This document shows, in pieces, positions 9,246 to 20,609 of a DNA stretch of 64,000 nucleotides. A program made the translations under genes and the position numbers. The notes under the pieces are model-generated. The model was given only the letters and a program-made list of their open reading frames with translations. It was not told where the DNA came from and did no database searches. Every line of letters starts with the position of its first letter. Position 1 is the first letter of the stretch. Source of the DNA: an uncultured Alphaproteobacteria bacterium (GTDB lineage: Bacteria > Pseudomonadota > Alphaproteobacteria > Methylaequorales > Methylaequoraceae); assembly GCA_902590895.1 (NCBI GenBank), contig CACIYM010000001.1, positions 160,555-224,554 of the forward strand, read 5' to 3'.

Positions 9246-10046
9246 TTATTCTACGCTAATATCCGGTGCGTCTACTGCTTTCATACCAACAACATGATAC
9301 CCACAGTCAACGTGTATAACCTCTCCGGTGACGCCAGAAGACAAATCAGAAAGTAAGTAGATTGAATTTTTACCTACTTCCTCAATGTTTGTACTTCTTC
9401 TAAGTGGAGAATTATATTCATTCCATTTAAGTATGTATCTAAAGTCTGAAATTCCTGATGCTGCAAGAGTTTTTATGGGTCCAGCTGAAATTGCATTAAC
9501 TCTTATATTTTTTTTTCCTAAATCTTCAGCTAAGTATTTTACACTTGTCTCTAAAGCTGATTTTGCAATTCCCATAACGTTGTAGTGAGGCATCACTCTC
9601 TCAGCTCCTAGATAAGATAAAGTTAATATCTGTCCACCATCATTCATTAAATCGGAAACTCTTTGACACAATGCGGTAAAAGAATAGCAAGAAACATTCA
9701 ATGTGTTTAAGAAATTTTCTCTACTAGTTTTAACGTAACTACCTTTCAATTCATTTTTGTCTGAGAATGCTAAAGAGTGAACTAAAAAATCACATGAGTT
9801 CCAATTTTGTTTTATTTGCGAAAAAAAATTATCAATACTTTTGTCATCTTGAACATCACATTCATAAATCAAATCTGAATTACATTTTTCTGCCAGCGGT
9901 TTGAGTCTCTTTTTTATGGAATCGTTTACGTACGAAAATGCTAATTGTGCTCCACATTCATTAAGTTTCTCAGCAATACCCCAGGCAATTGATTTTTCAT
10001 TAGCGATACCTAAAATAATACCTTTTTTATCCTTTAAATTTATCAT
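9246..10046 (-). CDS. fabI: Enoyl-[acyl-carrier-protein] reductase (NADH)
   Basis: The N-terminus [21 protein letters not shown] is a FabI hallmark, and an SDR catalytic region is present. 266 aa. Confidence 0.9.
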   Translation of the reverse strand: MINLKDKKGIILGIANEKSIAWGIAEKLNECGAQLAFSYVNDSIKKRLKPLAEKCNSDLIYECDVQDDKSIDNFFSQIKQNWNSCDFLVHSLAFSDKNELKGSYVKTSRENFLNTLNVSCYSFTALCQRVSDLMNDGGQILTLSYLGAERVMPHYNVMGIAKSALETSVKYLAEDLGKKNIRVNAISAGPIKTLAASGISDFRYILKWNEYNSPLRRSTNIEEVGKNSIYLLSDLSSGVTGEVIHVDCGYHVVGMKAVDAPDISVE

Positions 10047-10128
10047 TGAATTTATTATCTATAGTCTTTTTTAAAATTGAAATTAAAGTTTATTGTCTTT
10101 ATAATACATTTCATTCTAAAAAGAAATA

Positions 10129-10698
10129 ATGAATCCGTTAAGAAAATTCAAAAATTGGTATAAAGATGCAAAAAATGAATATACATTTGACCATACAGCT
10201 TTTAACTTATCAACTAGTTATAAAAATAAACCGTACTCGAGAATGGTATTGTTAAAAAAAATACTTCCTGATGGTTTCGTTTTTTTCACTAACATAAAAA
10301 GTAACAAAGGAAAGCATTTTAAGTCCAACAATTTTTTATCGATGTGTTTTTACTGGGAAAATTTAAAAAAACAAATTAGAATTGTAGGTAAAGGTATAGT
10401 TTGCGACGAAAAAGATTCAGATGATTATTTTTCAACCCGTATTCGTGGGAGCCAGATAGGGGCTTGGGCATCAAAACAGTCGTCTGAAATTGAAAATAGG
10501 TCTTATCTGTTAAAGAAATTTAATCAATACTCAAAAAAATTTAAGAATAAGCAAGTTCCGAGACCAAAGTACTGGGTGGGGATCAAAATAACCCCAATAG
10601 AATATGAGTTTTGGGAAGGCGGTGAATTCAGAATACATAAAAGGGAATTTTATTATCTTAAAAATAAAATTTGGCAAAAAAAAATTTTATCACCCTAG
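10129..10698 (+). CDS. pdxH: Pyridoxamine 5'-phosphate oxidase
   Basis: PdxH-like throughout, including the C-terminal EFWEGGEFRIHKREFY motif. 189 aa. Confidence 0.85.
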   Translation: MNPLRKFKNWYKDAKNEYTFDHTAFNLSTSYKNKPYSRMVLLKKILPDGFVFFTNIKSNKGKHFKSNNFLSMCFYWENLKKQIRIVGKGIVCDEKDSDDYFSTRIRGSQIGAWASKQSSEIENRSYLLKKFNQYSKKFKNKQVPRPKYWVGIKITPIEYEFWEGGEFRIHKREFYYLKNKIWQKKILSP

Positions 10699-10700
10699 TC

Positions 10701-11912
10701 TTAAGCTGCTTTAGATATTTTCAATTCTAGAAAAACGTTTTTTAAAGCATTAGCCAGATCTTTAACCATCCTTTCAGTGTGATTAGGTGACGCTGTTATT
10801 CTTAGCCTTTCTGTTCCTTTTGGAACTGTAGGGTGGTTTATCGGTTGAACGTAAATCTTATAGTTATCCAGTAAAATGTTACTAGCTTTTTTACAGAGCT
10901 TAGCATCACCAATTATAACTGGAACTATATGACTACCGTTATCTAAAAAAGGGATTTCGTTTTTCTTTAAAAAAGATTTTAACTTGTTTACAATAAAAAA
11001 CATTTTTTTTCTTTCCTTATCAGAAAATTTTAAATGTCTAATAGATGAGTAAGCGCCCGCAGCAATACATGGTGGAAGTGATGTTGTAAAAATGAAACCC
11101 GAAGCAAAACTTCTTATAAAATCAATTAAATCTCTATTCCCTGTTATATATCCGCCAATGACACCAAAGGCCTTGGCCAATGTACCCTGTATGACATCTA
11201 TTCTTTCCATCACACCTCGATCCTCAGCAACGCCTGCACCTCTTTTCCCGTATATACCTACTGCATGAACTTCATCTAAAAAAGTAAGAGCATTATACTT
11301 TTTAGCTAAATCACAGATTTCTTCAATAGGAGAAAAATTACCATCCATAGAATAAACAGATTCAAAGACAATTACTTTTGACTTAGATTTGTTTATTTTA
11401 AGTTTATTTTCTAAGTCATTGATATTGTTATGATCAAATATTATTTTTTTTGCGCCTGAGTTTCTCATACCCTGTATCATTGAGGCATGATTCTTTTCAT
11501 CGGAAAAGAAAACGCAATCTGGTAATTTTTTTCCAAGTGTAGATAATGTTGCTTGATTGGCAAGATATCCAGAATTAAATAACAGTGCTGCCTCTTTTTG
11601 ATGCAAATAACACAGCTCTCTTTCAAGCAAGACGTGATAATGATTGGTTCCTGAAATATTTCTAGTTCCACCTGAACCTGCTCCCACTTTTTTAACAGCT
11701 TCAATCATACTTTCGATCACAATATCGTTTTGACTCATGCCGAGATAATCATTACTACACCAAACAGTGACTTCTGAAACACTGTTATCCTTGTAGTTTA
11801 ATGCTTGAGGAAAATTACCAGCTATTTTCTCTAAATCGGCAAAAATTCTGTAGTTACCATCCTTTTTTAATTCCTCTAAGGATTCCCTAAAAATTTTTTT
11901 ATAATCAGTCAT
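10701..11912 (-). CDS. hemA: 5-aminolevulinate synthase
   Basis: Alpha-oxoamine synthase fold with the ALAS-specific [12 protein letters not shown] motif, a PLP lysine region and a glycine-rich loop [10 protein letters not shown]. 403 aa. Confidence 0.85.
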   Translation of the reverse strand: MTDYKKIFRESLEELKKDGNYRIFADLEKIAGNFPQALNYKDNSVSEVTVWCSNDYLGMSQNDIVIESMIEAVKKVGAGSGGTRNISGTNHYHVLLERELCYLHQKEAALLFNSGYLANQATLSTLGKKLPDCVFFSDEKNHASMIQGMRNSGAKKIIFDHNNINDLENKLKINKSKSKVIVFESVYSMDGNFSPIEEICDLAKKYNALTFLDEVHAVGIYGKRGAGVAEDRGVMERIDVIQGTLAKAFGVIGGYITGNRDLIDFIRSFASGFIFTTSLPPCIAAGAYSSIRHLKFSDKERKKMFFIVNKLKSFLKKNEIPFLDNGSHIVPVIIGDAKLCKKASNILLDNYKIYVQPINHPTVPKGTERLRITASPNHTERMVKDLANALKNVFLELKISKAA

Positions 11913-12285
11913 TTTTTTTAAAGCTTAAAGATACGGAGTTTATACAATATCTTTTATTTGTTGGTAAAGGCCCATCGTCAAAAACATGTCCTAAGTGTGC
12001 GTTACAGTTTTTACAACTCACTTCTACTCTAGTCATTCCATAGGATTGATCTTCGGTATATTTAATTACATTATCAATTGCTTTAAAAAAACTAGGCCAC
12101 CCAGATTTGGACAGAAATTTATGTTTGGAACTGAATAATTTTGCATCACAACAAATGCAATGATAGTTCCCATCTTCAAAAAAATCATTAAACTCTCCAC
12201 TGAATGCTCTCTCTGTAGAAGAATTTTGGGTAACTTCGAATGCGAGTTTACTCAACTTTTTTTTTAGGTTTAAATTATCACTCAT
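11905..12285 (-). CDS. msrB: Peptide-methionine (R)-S-oxide reductase
   Basis: Two CxxC pairs (CICCD and [16 protein letters not shown]) and the SelR domain motif RYCINS. Confidence 0.9.
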   Translation of the reverse strand: MSDNLNLKKKLSKLAFEVTQNSSTERAFSGEFNDFFEDGNYHCICCDAKLFSSKHKFLSKSGWPSFFKAIDNVIKYTEDQSYGMTRVEVSCKNCNAHLGHVFDDGPLPTNKRYCINSVSLSFKKND

Positions 12286-12336
12286 AGTATCAGTAATTAT
12301 ATAGTATTATATCAGAATAAACAAAATGGTTTTTAG

Positions 12337-13428
12337 ATGATTGTTATTTTTGGATCAGGAATTATAGGTCTTTTTATTGCAAAAAAATTACTTGAAAACA
12401 AAAAAAAAGTTTTGATTTTCGATACATTAGATGTTTCGGCAAATGCTACTTCTGCATCAGTTGGGATGTTGGCACCTCTCATAGAAACAAAACCCTATGA
12501 AAACCAACTTCTCTCATTGATGATTGATTCCAAAAAATTGTGGGATAAGGATTTTAAAGAAAATAAATTAGCAAACTTAGTTGGTTTAAAAAAAAACTTT
12601 TCATTGCTTATTGCTAAAGATCTCGATGAATTAGAGGAGATCAAATTTAAAAAACAATTTATAAGTAGGATCGGTTATGAAACGCAGATTTTAGATAAGA
12701 AAGAAACATTAAAAATTGAACCAAATTTAAACTCTAACATAGAAGGCTCTTTACTTTTTAATGAACACAATCAAGTTGAACCCAAACTATTAGAATTTTT
12801 TTTGAAAAAGAAAATTTTAAGTATGGGTGGGATTATTAAAAAGAAAAGAAGCTTACAAAGCTTTAAATTTGTTAATAATATTTTAAAAATTGATGATTTA
12901 AAATTTTCGGCAGAAAAATTGATTATCTGTTGTGGGGCATGGAGTAACAAGTTACTTGAAAAATCTGAGAATATCTCATTTCCAATGAGGCCAGTTAAAG
13001 GTGTTTCAATGATTTTTAAAACTGAAAAAAATATGTTTAAGAACAACTTATGGTTTAAGCATATTTATGTAGCACCAAGAAAAGGAAAAAAACTGGCAGT
13101 TGGTGCAACAGAGGACGAAAAGGGGTTTGAGGAAGATGTGACACTAGATGAAATATTTTTTTTAAGCAAGCATTTGTGGGAATCTTTACCTGAACTGGAA
13201 AAATTAAAGTATCAAGAGGTTAAAGCCGGACTTCGTTCTACCGTTGTGGATGGAAATCCGATAATAGGCGAGTTAAAGCATAAAAAAAATATAATTTGCT
13301 CTTTTGGTCACCACAGACACGGAATATTGTTAGGACCAATTACAGCTAAGATAGTTTTGGACTATGTCTTAGAAAAAAAAATTCCAAATAAGTACTGTTT
13401 TTTTTCTCCTAAAAGATTTAACTTATAA
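12337..13428 (+). CDS. thiO: FAD-dependent glycine oxidase
   Basis: N-terminal dinucleotide-binding motif IVIFGSGIIGLFIA, DAO-family length of 363 aa, and position immediately upstream of thiS-thiG. Confidence 0.7.
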   Translation: MIVIFGSGIIGLFIAKKLLENKKKVLIFDTLDVSANATSASVGMLAPLIETKPYENQLLSLMIDSKKLWDKDFKENKLANLVGLKKNFSLLIAKDLDELEEIKFKKQFISRIGYETQILDKKETLKIEPNLNSNIEGSLLFNEHNQVEPKLLEFFLKKKILSMGGIIKKKRSLQSFKFVNNILKIDDLKFSAEKLIICCGAWSNKLLEKSENISFPMRPVKGVSMIFKTEKNMFKNNLWFKHIYVAPRKGKKLAVGATEDEKGFEEDVTLDEIFFLSKHLWESLPELEKLKYQEVKAGLRSTVVDGNPIIGELKHKKNIICSFGHHRHGILLGPITAKIVLDYVLEKKIPNKYCFFSPKRFNL

Positions 13429-13441
13429 GAGGTTATTTCTT

Positions 13442-13657
13442 ATGTTCAAAAAAATTTGTATAGTAAATGGGAATGAATTGAAAATTGATGAAATGGAGTT
13501 TCATCTAGATGATCTGGTTAAAAAAATTCTCAAAGACAAAAAAATCAAAGTTGCTGTGGCTGTAAATAATATACTTGTTCAAAAGTCTGATTGGAAAAAG
13601 AAAAAAATTCTCAATGGAGATGTCATTGAGATCGTACAGCCATTTTTTGGAGGGTGA
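13442..13657 (+). CDS. thiS: Thiamine biosynthesis sulfur-carrier protein
   Basis: 71 aa, beta-grasp size, ending in the Gly-Gly motif (FFGG) just before the stop. Directly upstream of thiG. Confidence 0.75.
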   Translation: MFKKICIVNGNELKIDEMEFHLDDLVKKILKDKKIKVAVAVNNILVQKSDWKKKKILNGDVIEIVQPFFGG

Positions 13658-13658
13658 T

Positions 13659-14435
13659 GTGAAAACCACAGATAAGTTAAAAATTGATGGAAAATTTTTT
13701 AATTCACGATTGATTTTGGGTACAGCATTATTTCCAAATATTGATGTACTGAATAAGTCAATTGAAACAGCCGAGTCAGAAATTATTACAACATCAGTAA
13801 GAAGATTAGGTTTAAACCAAAAGGATTTTTTTGTTGATCAAATTAAAAAAAAATTTACTCTTCTACCCAACACTGCTGGGTGTTATACAAAAAAAGAGGC
13901 AGTTCTAACAGCTGAACTTGCAAGAGAATCCATGAATACGAATTGGATAAAACTTGAATTGATTGGCGAGGATGAGATGCTATTACCAGATCCAATTGAA
14001 CTTTATTCAACTTGTGAAAGTTTGATAAAAAAAAAATTTAAAATTTTTTGTTATTGCTCTGACGACCCAATGTTGTGTAAAAGACTTGAGGATTTAGGTT
14101 GTGAAGTCGTAATGCCATTAATTTCACCAATTGGTTCTGGTCTTGGAATAAGAAACGAACACAACCTTGAGATCATAAGGTCAATGTGCAAGGGACTAAT
14201 TTTTGTGGATGCAGGTATAGGAAGTCCAAGTGATGCGTGCAGAATTATGGAATTAGGTTTCGATGGTGTGCTATTAAACTCTTCTGTGGCTAGATCACAC
14301 GATCCAATTAATATGGCTGAAGCTATGAGTTTGGCTGTAAAAAGCGGAAGAAAAAGTTTTTTATCAGGCGCAATAAAAAAAACAAAAAAGGCAATAGCAT
14401 CAACAACATTCAAGGGGAAAATTTCAAACTTTTGA
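13659..14435 (+). CDS. thiG: Thiazole synthase
   Basis: ThiG-like throughout (LKIDGKFFNSRLILGT; catalytic region GCEVVMPLISPIGSGLGI). The start is placed at GTG 13659, 5 nt after a GGAGGG RBS that lies inside the thiS 3' end. The track ORF from 13575 would overlap thiS by 83 nt. Confidence 0.85.
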   Translation: MKTTDKLKIDGKFFNSRLILGTALFPNIDVLNKSIETAESEIITTSVRRLGLNQKDFFVDQIKKKFTLLPNTAGCYTKKEAVLTAELARESMNTNWIKLELIGEDEMLLPDPIELYSTCESLIKKKFKIFCYCSDDPMLCKRLEDLGCEVVMPLISPIGSGLGIRNEHNLEIIRSMCKGLIFVDAGIGSPSDACRIMELGFDGVLLNSSVARSHDPINMAEAMSLAVKSGRKSFLSGAIKKTKKAIASTTFKGKISNF

Positions 14436-14474
14436 TTTACACAAATTAATTATATTTGAACTTTTATATTTTTT

Positions 14475-16178
14475 TTACAAATCTAACTTTGACAAAACTT
14501 TTTGTAACTCTTTTTCATAATTTTTCCATTTGTTTACTGATTCTTTAAAAATTGGGTTTCTAACTTGAGAAAAACTGGCAGTGTTTACAACTCTTTTTGT
14601 TTTATAAAATTCATGACATTCTTTTTCAACATTCAATCCTAAGAATTTAAAAAGTTTATTTACCTCGTCGGTAAAGTTATTAATTAAACTTTCATAATTT
14701 AATTTATAGAAATTAATTTTTTCGTTTTCCCAATAAGTAATTACATTATTATAAAATGAATTAAAAAAAATTAAATCGTCTAAATCATATGAAAAATCAA
14801 TACCTGATGGAAAAAAATTTCTATAAATTGAATTTAAATTATCCATTCTATTTTTCTCACACAAAATAATTTTTGATTTAGGAAAAATTATTGAAATTAT
14901 TCCCATAAATAAAAAATTGAGCGGTGCTTTATCAGTAAAAAAAAATGATTCATCAGCAATATTGTTAATCATTGAAAAATATTTTTTCTTAAATGATTGT
15001 ATTCTATCTGAATCTAATTTGTCTTCGCAAAGATCAAAAATTTCCTTTCCAATAAAAGTTAGTTCCCCGCATCCAAATACATTACTATGAGAGCTTATTA
15101 TTTGTTCTACCAAAGAGGTTGAGGATCTAGGCATACCTAAAATGAAAATTGGATTTTTTTGATCTACATTACTTACAGTAATTTTTTCTCTTGAAAGTTT
15201 TTTAAAAAAGTTTTTTATATTTGAGAATTTATCAATCATTGAGTTTTGATCAAAATTGACGATTTTCTTGTATTTTGAGTTATATTTTTTTAGATAAAAG
15301 AAACTTTTTTCAAAATCTCCGTTATTTTCTAGAAAGTTTGATAAAGCCAAGCCCAAATGAATTTCATTTAACCCATCCTTCTCCGACTTATCTAAATAGT
15401 TCTCTATTGCATCTAAAGTTTCGCGGTTGATTTTGTATTTTAATAAGCTCAACAATCTAAAAGCTGGACCGAAAAAGTTTTCATTTTTAATTATTTTTTC
15501 AAATATTCTAATTGCTTTTACCTTTTCTCCAAGTTCCGAGTAAATTACTCCTTTAATAAACATAAGGTTCCTGTTGTTGTGAAAAAATTGCTCAGCCATA
15601 TCAAAATATTTCAAGGCCTGATTATGCTTTTTTTCATCCATTAAAATAGCAATTATTAAAATGATAAACTCGGGGTTTTTGTGTTTTGAGTATTGATTAT
15701 TTAAGAATTTTACGGCTTTGACAGTTTCATATATATCTCTAAGAAAATTTATATAATTTCTGATCAAAGTTAAATCGTTATCAGCTAAAGATAATGATTT
15801 TAAAAAAAAACTCTCTGCTTGATCATATTTTTTTAATTTAGCATTAGCTATACCTAAATAGTTAAATATAATTGGTTCTGGATTAATATTTACGATCTTC
15901 TGAAGATAATAAATTGATTTATCAGGTAAGTTTTTTTCCAAATAGCATAGTGCTTTGAGTTTTAAAATATTTAAATCATCTGAACTATAGTTTATTTTTT
16001 TTATAAAATTCAAAATATTATCAAATTGTCTCTTTTTGAATAAAGCATCAAAATACATATATTTTAAATTTTCTTCATAAGGAAATTCTTTAGTAATTCT
16101 TTTAAAAAGTATCTCTGCTTTCTGATATTTTTGTTTTTCAATAAGATTTATAATTTTACTGAATTTTTGATTTTCCAT
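14475..16178 (-). CDS. TPR-repeat protein fused to a C-terminal sulfotransferase domain
   Basis: The N-terminal ~330 aa contain tandem TPR-like repeats (e.g. YQKAEILFKR, YDQAESFFLKSL). The C-terminal ~230 aa carry the sulfotransferase PAPS 5'-phosphosulfate-binding motif ILGMPRSSTSLVEQ. Confidence 0.6.
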   Translation of the reverse strand: MENQKFSKIINLIEKQKYQKAEILFKRITKEFPYEENLKYMYFDALFKKRQFDNILNFIKKINYSSDDLNILKLKALCYLEKNLPDKSIYYLQKIVNINPEPIIFNYLGIANAKLKKYDQAESFFLKSLSLADNDLTLIRNYINFLRDIYETVKAVKFLNNQYSKHKNPEFIILIIAILMDEKKHNQALKYFDMAEQFFHNNRNLMFIKGVIYSELGEKVKAIRIFEKIIKNENFFGPAFRLLSLLKYKINRETLDAIENYLDKSEKDGLNEIHLGLALSNFLENNGDFEKSFFYLKKYNSKYKKIVNFDQNSMIDKFSNIKNFFKKLSREKITVSNVDQKNPIFILGMPRSSTSLVEQIISSHSNVFGCGELTFIGKEIFDLCEDKLDSDRIQSFKKKYFSMINNIADESFFFTDKAPLNFLFMGIISIIFPKSKIILCEKNRMDNLNSIYRNFFPSGIDFSYDLDDLIFFNSFYNNVITYWENEKINFYKLNYESLINNFTDEVNKLFKFLGLNVEKECHEFYKTKRVVNTASFSQVRNPIFKESVNKWKNYEKELQKVLSKLDL

Positions 16179-16192
16179 TTTTTTTTACTTAC

Positions 16193-16846
16193 TTAATATC
16201 CAGGTTCTAAATTCTTAACACCAACTGATCGAAGAAATTTGATAATTTCATTTTTATCTTTATCAGACAATTTTTTTGAAATTGTACTTTCATTGAGAAC
16301 ATCATGCCATGTGGCAAGATAAATAATATTAATTTTTTTTCTATTAACTTCTAAAAAATCAATATTTATACCATAGTTAAATATTACAAAAATAGCTTTA
16401 ATTTTTGCCTTTACTTTAAGAATTGATTCTATAAATTTCATTTTGCTTCCACCATCAGTCATTAAATCTTCAACTAATAAAACGTTTTGTGACGGTTTTA
16501 TAATTCCTTCAATTTGCGAGTTTTTTCCAAATTTCTTTTTTTCTTTTCTAATGTAAGATAGTGGTAAATCCATTTTTTGAGAAATAAATGAAGCAAAAGG
16601 TATTCCAGCTGATTCACCACCAGCAATGTTATGAATATTCTTACACGTACGATCATTATTAATTTTTTCTACAGCATAGTTTATGATTTTTTTTCTTTGT
16701 TCAGGAAAAGAAATTAACCTTCTACAATCACAGTAAATCGGACTTTTTTTTCCTGAGGTAAGTAAAAATTTTTTCTTTAGACTAAAGTCTACACATTTTG
16801 TTTCAATTAGAATTTTTGCCGTTTTTGATGAAATTTTGCTACCCAT
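16193..16846 (-). CDS. pyrE: Orotate phosphoribosyltransferase
   Basis: SGKKSPIYCDCRRL resembles the OPRT SG..SP.Y.D motif, and a PRPP-binding loop VLLVEDLMTDGGS is present. 217 aa. Confidence 0.7.
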   Translation of the reverse strand: MGSKISSKTAKILIETKCVDFSLKKKFLLTSGKKSPIYCDCRRLISFPEQRKKIINYAVEKINNDRTCKNIHNIAGGESAGIPFASFISQKMDLPLSYIRKEKKKFGKNSQIEGIIKPSQNVLLVEDLMTDGGSKMKFIESILKVKAKIKAIFVIFNYGINIDFLEVNRKKINIIYLATWHDVLNESTISKKLSDKDKNEIIKFLRSVGVKNLEPGY

Positions 16847-16909
16847 AATTAGAGTATTAAATTACAAATATATTTAAAAATCCATATATTTAATTTAATT
16901 ATAAAAGAT

Positions 16910-17314
16910 ATGATAGATCAAGAAATAGTAAAATTTTTAATAAGTTGGATAAATGAAAATACTATTTACGAGGAATTTTTATTAAACTTAGAAATAGTTG
17001 CCCTAAATTTGGAAGAATTACAATTTATGGCTTGTAGAGGAAAGTGTCCAATTCTGGCTTTTTTTTCAGCTCCAAATATAATTTATATAGCTAAATTAGA
17101 TTTTAACCATTTGTGTAATCAATCAATTTTATTACATGAAATGATCCATGTGTTTCAGCATCAATCAGGGAGTGAAATGCAAAATGTCTTTAGAGAAAAC
17201 GAGGCGTACAAGATTCAAAATAAATTTTTGATTGACGAATCATTAAAAGCTGAAACTATCGACCAATTGAATTTAAAAAAATGTAGATCAATGCAATCAA
17301 ATGTTTTAAAATAA
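16910..17314 (+). CDS. Hypothetical protein with HExxH motif (putative small zinc-metallopeptidase-like)
   Basis: 134 aa. HEMIH occurs at [12 protein letters not shown], followed by a downstream E. No other recognisable domain. Confidence 0.35.
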   Translation: MIDQEIVKFLISWINENTIYEEFLLNLEIVALNLEELQFMACRGKCPILAFFSAPNIIYIAKLDFNHLCNQSILLHEMIHVFQHQSGSEMQNVFRENEAYKIQNKFLIDESLKAETIDQLNLKKCRSMQSNVLK

Positions 17315-17319
17315 TATTT

Positions 17320-19002
17320 ATGGCTGATTACAAAACGGATTTAGAAATAGCAAGAGAAGCTAAAAAAGAAAAGATAATTGATCTAGCAAAAAAAAAATTA
17401 TCCATTGATGATGAGCATCTAATTCCTTTTGGACATTATAAAGCGAAGATCAATGAAAATGGCTTAGATGAGCTTGAAAAAAGAAAAGATGGTACATTAA
17501 TTCTTGTGACAGCAATGACACCAACAACAGCTGGAGAAGGTAAAACAACCACCTCTGTTGGTCTTACTGACGGTTTGAATCATATTGGGAAAAATGCAAT
17601 GGTTGCGCTAAGAGAACCAAGCCTGGGTCCTTGTTTTGGAATGAAGGGTGGAGCTGCTGGAGGAGGTTATGCTCAGGTTGTCCCAATGGAAGATATAAAT
17701 CTTCATTTTACTGGAGATTTTCACGCTATAACTTCAGCGCACATGTTGTTGTCAGCTATGATTGACAACCATATTTACTGGAATATTGACCCTCTGATTG
17801 ACCCAAGAAGAGTTTCGTGGAGAAGAGTAGTCGATATGAATGATAGGGCTCTTAGGTCAATTGTTAACTCACTGGGAGGTATTGCAAATGGTCATTCAAG
17901 AGAAGATGGCTTTGACATAACTGTTGCATCAGAAGTTATGGCAATACTTTGTTTATCAAAGAATTTTGAAGATTTGAAAGAAAGACTTGGAAAAATTGTT
18001 GTAGGTTATTCAAGAGATCATGAACCTATATTTTGCAGGGATATTAAAGCAGATGGGGCGATGTCCGTTCTATTAAAAGATGCTTTGAAACCCAATTTAG
18101 TTCAAACATTAGAGAATAACCCGGCATTTATTCATGGAGGTCCATTTGCCAATATTGCTCATGGTTGTAATACTGTCATTGCTACCAAAACAGCTCTGAA
18201 ATTAGCAGACTATGTTGTAACTGAAGCTGGTTTTGGTGCTGATTTGGGTGCAGAAAAATTTTTAAATATAAAATGTAGAAAGGCTGGGTTGTCACCAAAA
18301 TGTGCAGTTGTTGTAGCAACTGTAAGAGCATTAAAATTGCATGGAGATGCAGATCCAAAAAATTTAGGAGAAGAAAATCTTGACGCATTAGAATCAGGAC
18401 TTCCAAACCTTCTCAGACATCTTGAAAATCTCTCTAAATTCAGTTTACCGACAGTTGTTGCAATAAATAGATTTCCCACTGATACTGATAGCGAAATATC
18501 CAAAGTACAAGAAGTTTGCAAAAATGCAGGAGTTAATGCTGTCCTTGCTGAACATTGGGCAGAAGGAGGTAAAGGAGCTGCAAAGTTAGCAGAGGCTGTA
18601 ATTGAAACTATTGATGATAATAAATCTGATCTAAAATTTTTGTATGAAGATAAAGATGATCCAAAAAATAAAATCAATAAAATTTGTAAAGAGATTTACA
18701 GAGCGAACGATGTAACATTTTCCGCACAAGCTGAAAAAAAATTGAATGAAATCAGTAAACTTGGTTTTGAGAGTTTTCCAGTTTGCATGGCAAAAACTCA
18801 ATATAGCTTTAGCACAGATGCAACGAAAAAGTGCGCTCCCAGCGGTCATTCAATTAATGTTCGTGAAATAAGATTGTCAGCTGGAGCCGAGTTTATAGTT
18901 GCAATCGCTGGGGATATAATGACAATGCCTGGCTTACCAAAAAAACCAGCTGCCTATGAAGTTTGTGTTGGCGAGGATGGAAATATTAAAGGTCTTTTTT
19001 AA
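17320..19002 (+). CDS. fhs: Formate--tetrahydrofolate ligase
   Basis: P-loop [16 protein letters not shown] and FTHFS-like sequence along the full 560 aa. Confidence 0.95.
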   Translation: MADYKTDLEIAREAKKEKIIDLAKKKLSIDDEHLIPFGHYKAKINENGLDELEKRKDGTLILVTAMTPTTAGEGKTTTSVGLTDGLNHIGKNAMVALREPSLGPCFGMKGGAAGGGYAQVVPMEDINLHFTGDFHAITSAHMLLSAMIDNHIYWNIDPLIDPRRVSWRRVVDMNDRALRSIVNSLGGIANGHSREDGFDITVASEVMAILCLSKNFEDLKERLGKIVVGYSRDHEPIFCRDIKADGAMSVLLKDALKPNLVQTLENNPAFIHGGPFANIAHGCNTVIATKTALKLADYVVTEAGFGADLGAEKFLNIKCRKAGLSPKCAVVVATVRALKLHGDADPKNLGEENLDALESGLPNLLRHLENLSKFSLPTVVAINRFPTDTDSEISKVQEVCKNAGVNAVLAEHWAEGGKGAAKLAEAVIETIDDNKSDLKFLYEDKDDPKNKINKICKEIYRANDVTFSAQAEKKLNEISKLGFESFPVCMAKTQYSFSTDATKKCAPSGHSINVREIRLSAGAEFIVAIAGDIMTMPGLPKKPAAYEVCVGEDGNIKGLF

Positions 19003-20119
19003 GAACCTTACTATAAATATCTAAAAAATTTTTAAATACAATATCAGCACTAAACCTTTGCTGGACTAGCTTTCTGCTATTTGCTCCGAATTTTTTCATG
19101 AGCCTTTCATCAGAAATTAACCTTTCAATGCACTTTGCTAATGAATCTGAGTCTTTGGGTTTAACTAAAAAGCCGTTAAAGTTATTCTTACAAATTTCTC
19201 TACAGCCAGGAACATTTGTTGAAATTAATGGAAGCTTACAACTTGCTGCTTCCAACAAACTTTTAGGTAAACCCTCACGATATGATGGTAAAATTGATAT
19301 TTTTGATTTTTGGAGAAAAGGAATTACGTTTTCAACTTTAGGTTTCCATATAATAAAATTTTCTTTAACCCAAAAATTTAACTGATTTAGAGTAACGGAG
19401 GATCTATTTTTATTATCAGGATTACCAAGGATTAATGTTTTTAAATTTATATTTTTATTTCTAAGAATTTTTAGTGCATCAATGATTTCGAAAATACCTT
19501 TATCTCTTATAATTCTTGAATGAAATATTAAATCGTAAATTTTTTTTTGTTTTCCCTCTTTAAATTTTTTTGTGAAAACTCCAGAACCTTTTATTATTAT
19601 TGGTATATTTTTTTCTAGAATCCTTTGTTTTTTAAAAATAGATAAATCATCCTTGTTCTGGAATATGAAAAACACATTCCTGTTTATGCAAGACCTTAAA
19701 AACATAAAAAAAAGATTTTTATAAAGTTTAGTGAATAAATTTTTATTTATAAAAAGATATCCCATCCCAACTACGCAGCATAAAAGTTTTGTATTATTTC
19801 TTAAAAAACAATTAGCTATAACTGCATAGAGAATTGGTTTTAGGGCAAAACACTGTATCACAGAGGGTTTATAACGGTTTACAAAAAAAAAATAATTAAG
19901 GAACACTGTAAGGTTTTGTAACAAATTGACTGAACTTCTATTAAATTTTATGTTTTTTGTTCTAAAACCCGACGATTTAATTTTATTTAAGTGCTTTGAA
20001 AATCTGCTAATGATTGTTATTTCGTTAAAGATCTTGAATCCACTGATGGCTTGTCCAATTTTATGACTAATAAAATATTCGTCTTCACTAACGAAATATA
20101 AAAGTTTATATTTTTTCAT
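18986..20119 (-). CDS. Glycosyltransferase family 1 (GT4-type)
   Basis: C-terminal GT-B nucleotide-sugar motif [33 protein letters not shown]. Convergent 17-nt overlap with fhs. Confidence 0.8.
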   Translation of the reverse strand: MKKYKLLYFVSEDEYFISHKIGQAISGFKIFNEITIISRFSKHLNKIKSSGFRTKNIKFNRSSVNLLQNLTVFLNYFFFVNRYKPSVIQCFALKPILYAVIANCFLRNNTKLLCCVVGMGYLFINKNLFTKLYKNLFFMFLRSCINRNVFFIFQNKDDLSIFKKQRILEKNIPIIIKGSGVFTKKFKEGKQKKIYDLIFHSRIIRDKGIFEIIDALKILRNKNINLKTLILGNPDNKNRSSVTLNQLNFWVKENFIIWKPKVENVIPFLQKSKISILPSYREGLPKSLLEAASCKLPLISTNVPGCREICKNNFNGFLVKPKDSDSLAKCIERLISDERLMKKFGANSRKLVQQRFSADIVFKNFLDIYSKVLKKDL

Positions 20120-20129
20120 AAGGATATTT

Positions 20130-20576
20130 ATGTTTTATTATATTGTTGCAATAATTATTTTAATAGCTATTTTGATGTATTTTTTTTTGGAGTTTATTCA
20201 TCTACCAAATAAAATTTTCAAAAAATACTCAAAAATAGTAATTCTTTTTATTCTCATATCAATTGTAATTTACTTAATGAGATTCTTCCCAGCAATAATT
20301 TCAACTATACCTGCTATTTTTTTAATTTTGTACAGGTGGGGTAATATTTTACAGTTTATAGCAACAATTTTTCTCAAAAAAAATTATTCAAAACATAGAA
20401 ATAATTCAATTACAAAAAAAGAAGCTTATCAAATTTTAGGATTGACTGAAGGTGCTTCAAAAAAAGAAATTTTGCAAAGCTACCAAAATTTGATGAAAAA
20501 AAATCATCCCGACCTTGGTGGATCAGATTGGATAACTAAAAAATTAAATGAGGCTAGAGATATTCTTTTAGGTTGA
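20130..20576 (+). CDS. Small membrane protein with C-terminal DnaJ (J) domain, DjlA-like
   Basis: Three N-terminal TM segments followed by a J domain (EAYQILGLTEGASKKEILQSYQNLMKKNHPDLGG, HPD motif). Confidence 0.6.
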   Translation: MFYYIVAIIILIAILMYFFLEFIHLPNKIFKKYSKIVILFILISIVIYLMRFFPAIISTIPAIFLILYRWGNILQFIATIFLKKNYSKHRNNSITKKEAYQILGLTEGASKKEILQSYQNLMKKNHPDLGGSDWITKKLNEARDILLG

Positions 20577-20609
20577 GTTTTTTTTGTTTTTTTATTAACC
20601 TCTCCTCTT

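Noticed and set aside
18182-18849. Antisense ORFs 18182..18406, 18210..18677, 18631..18849 (-)
   Set aside because: They are fully embedded in fhs, whose product matches FTHFS end to end. They are compositional artefacts.
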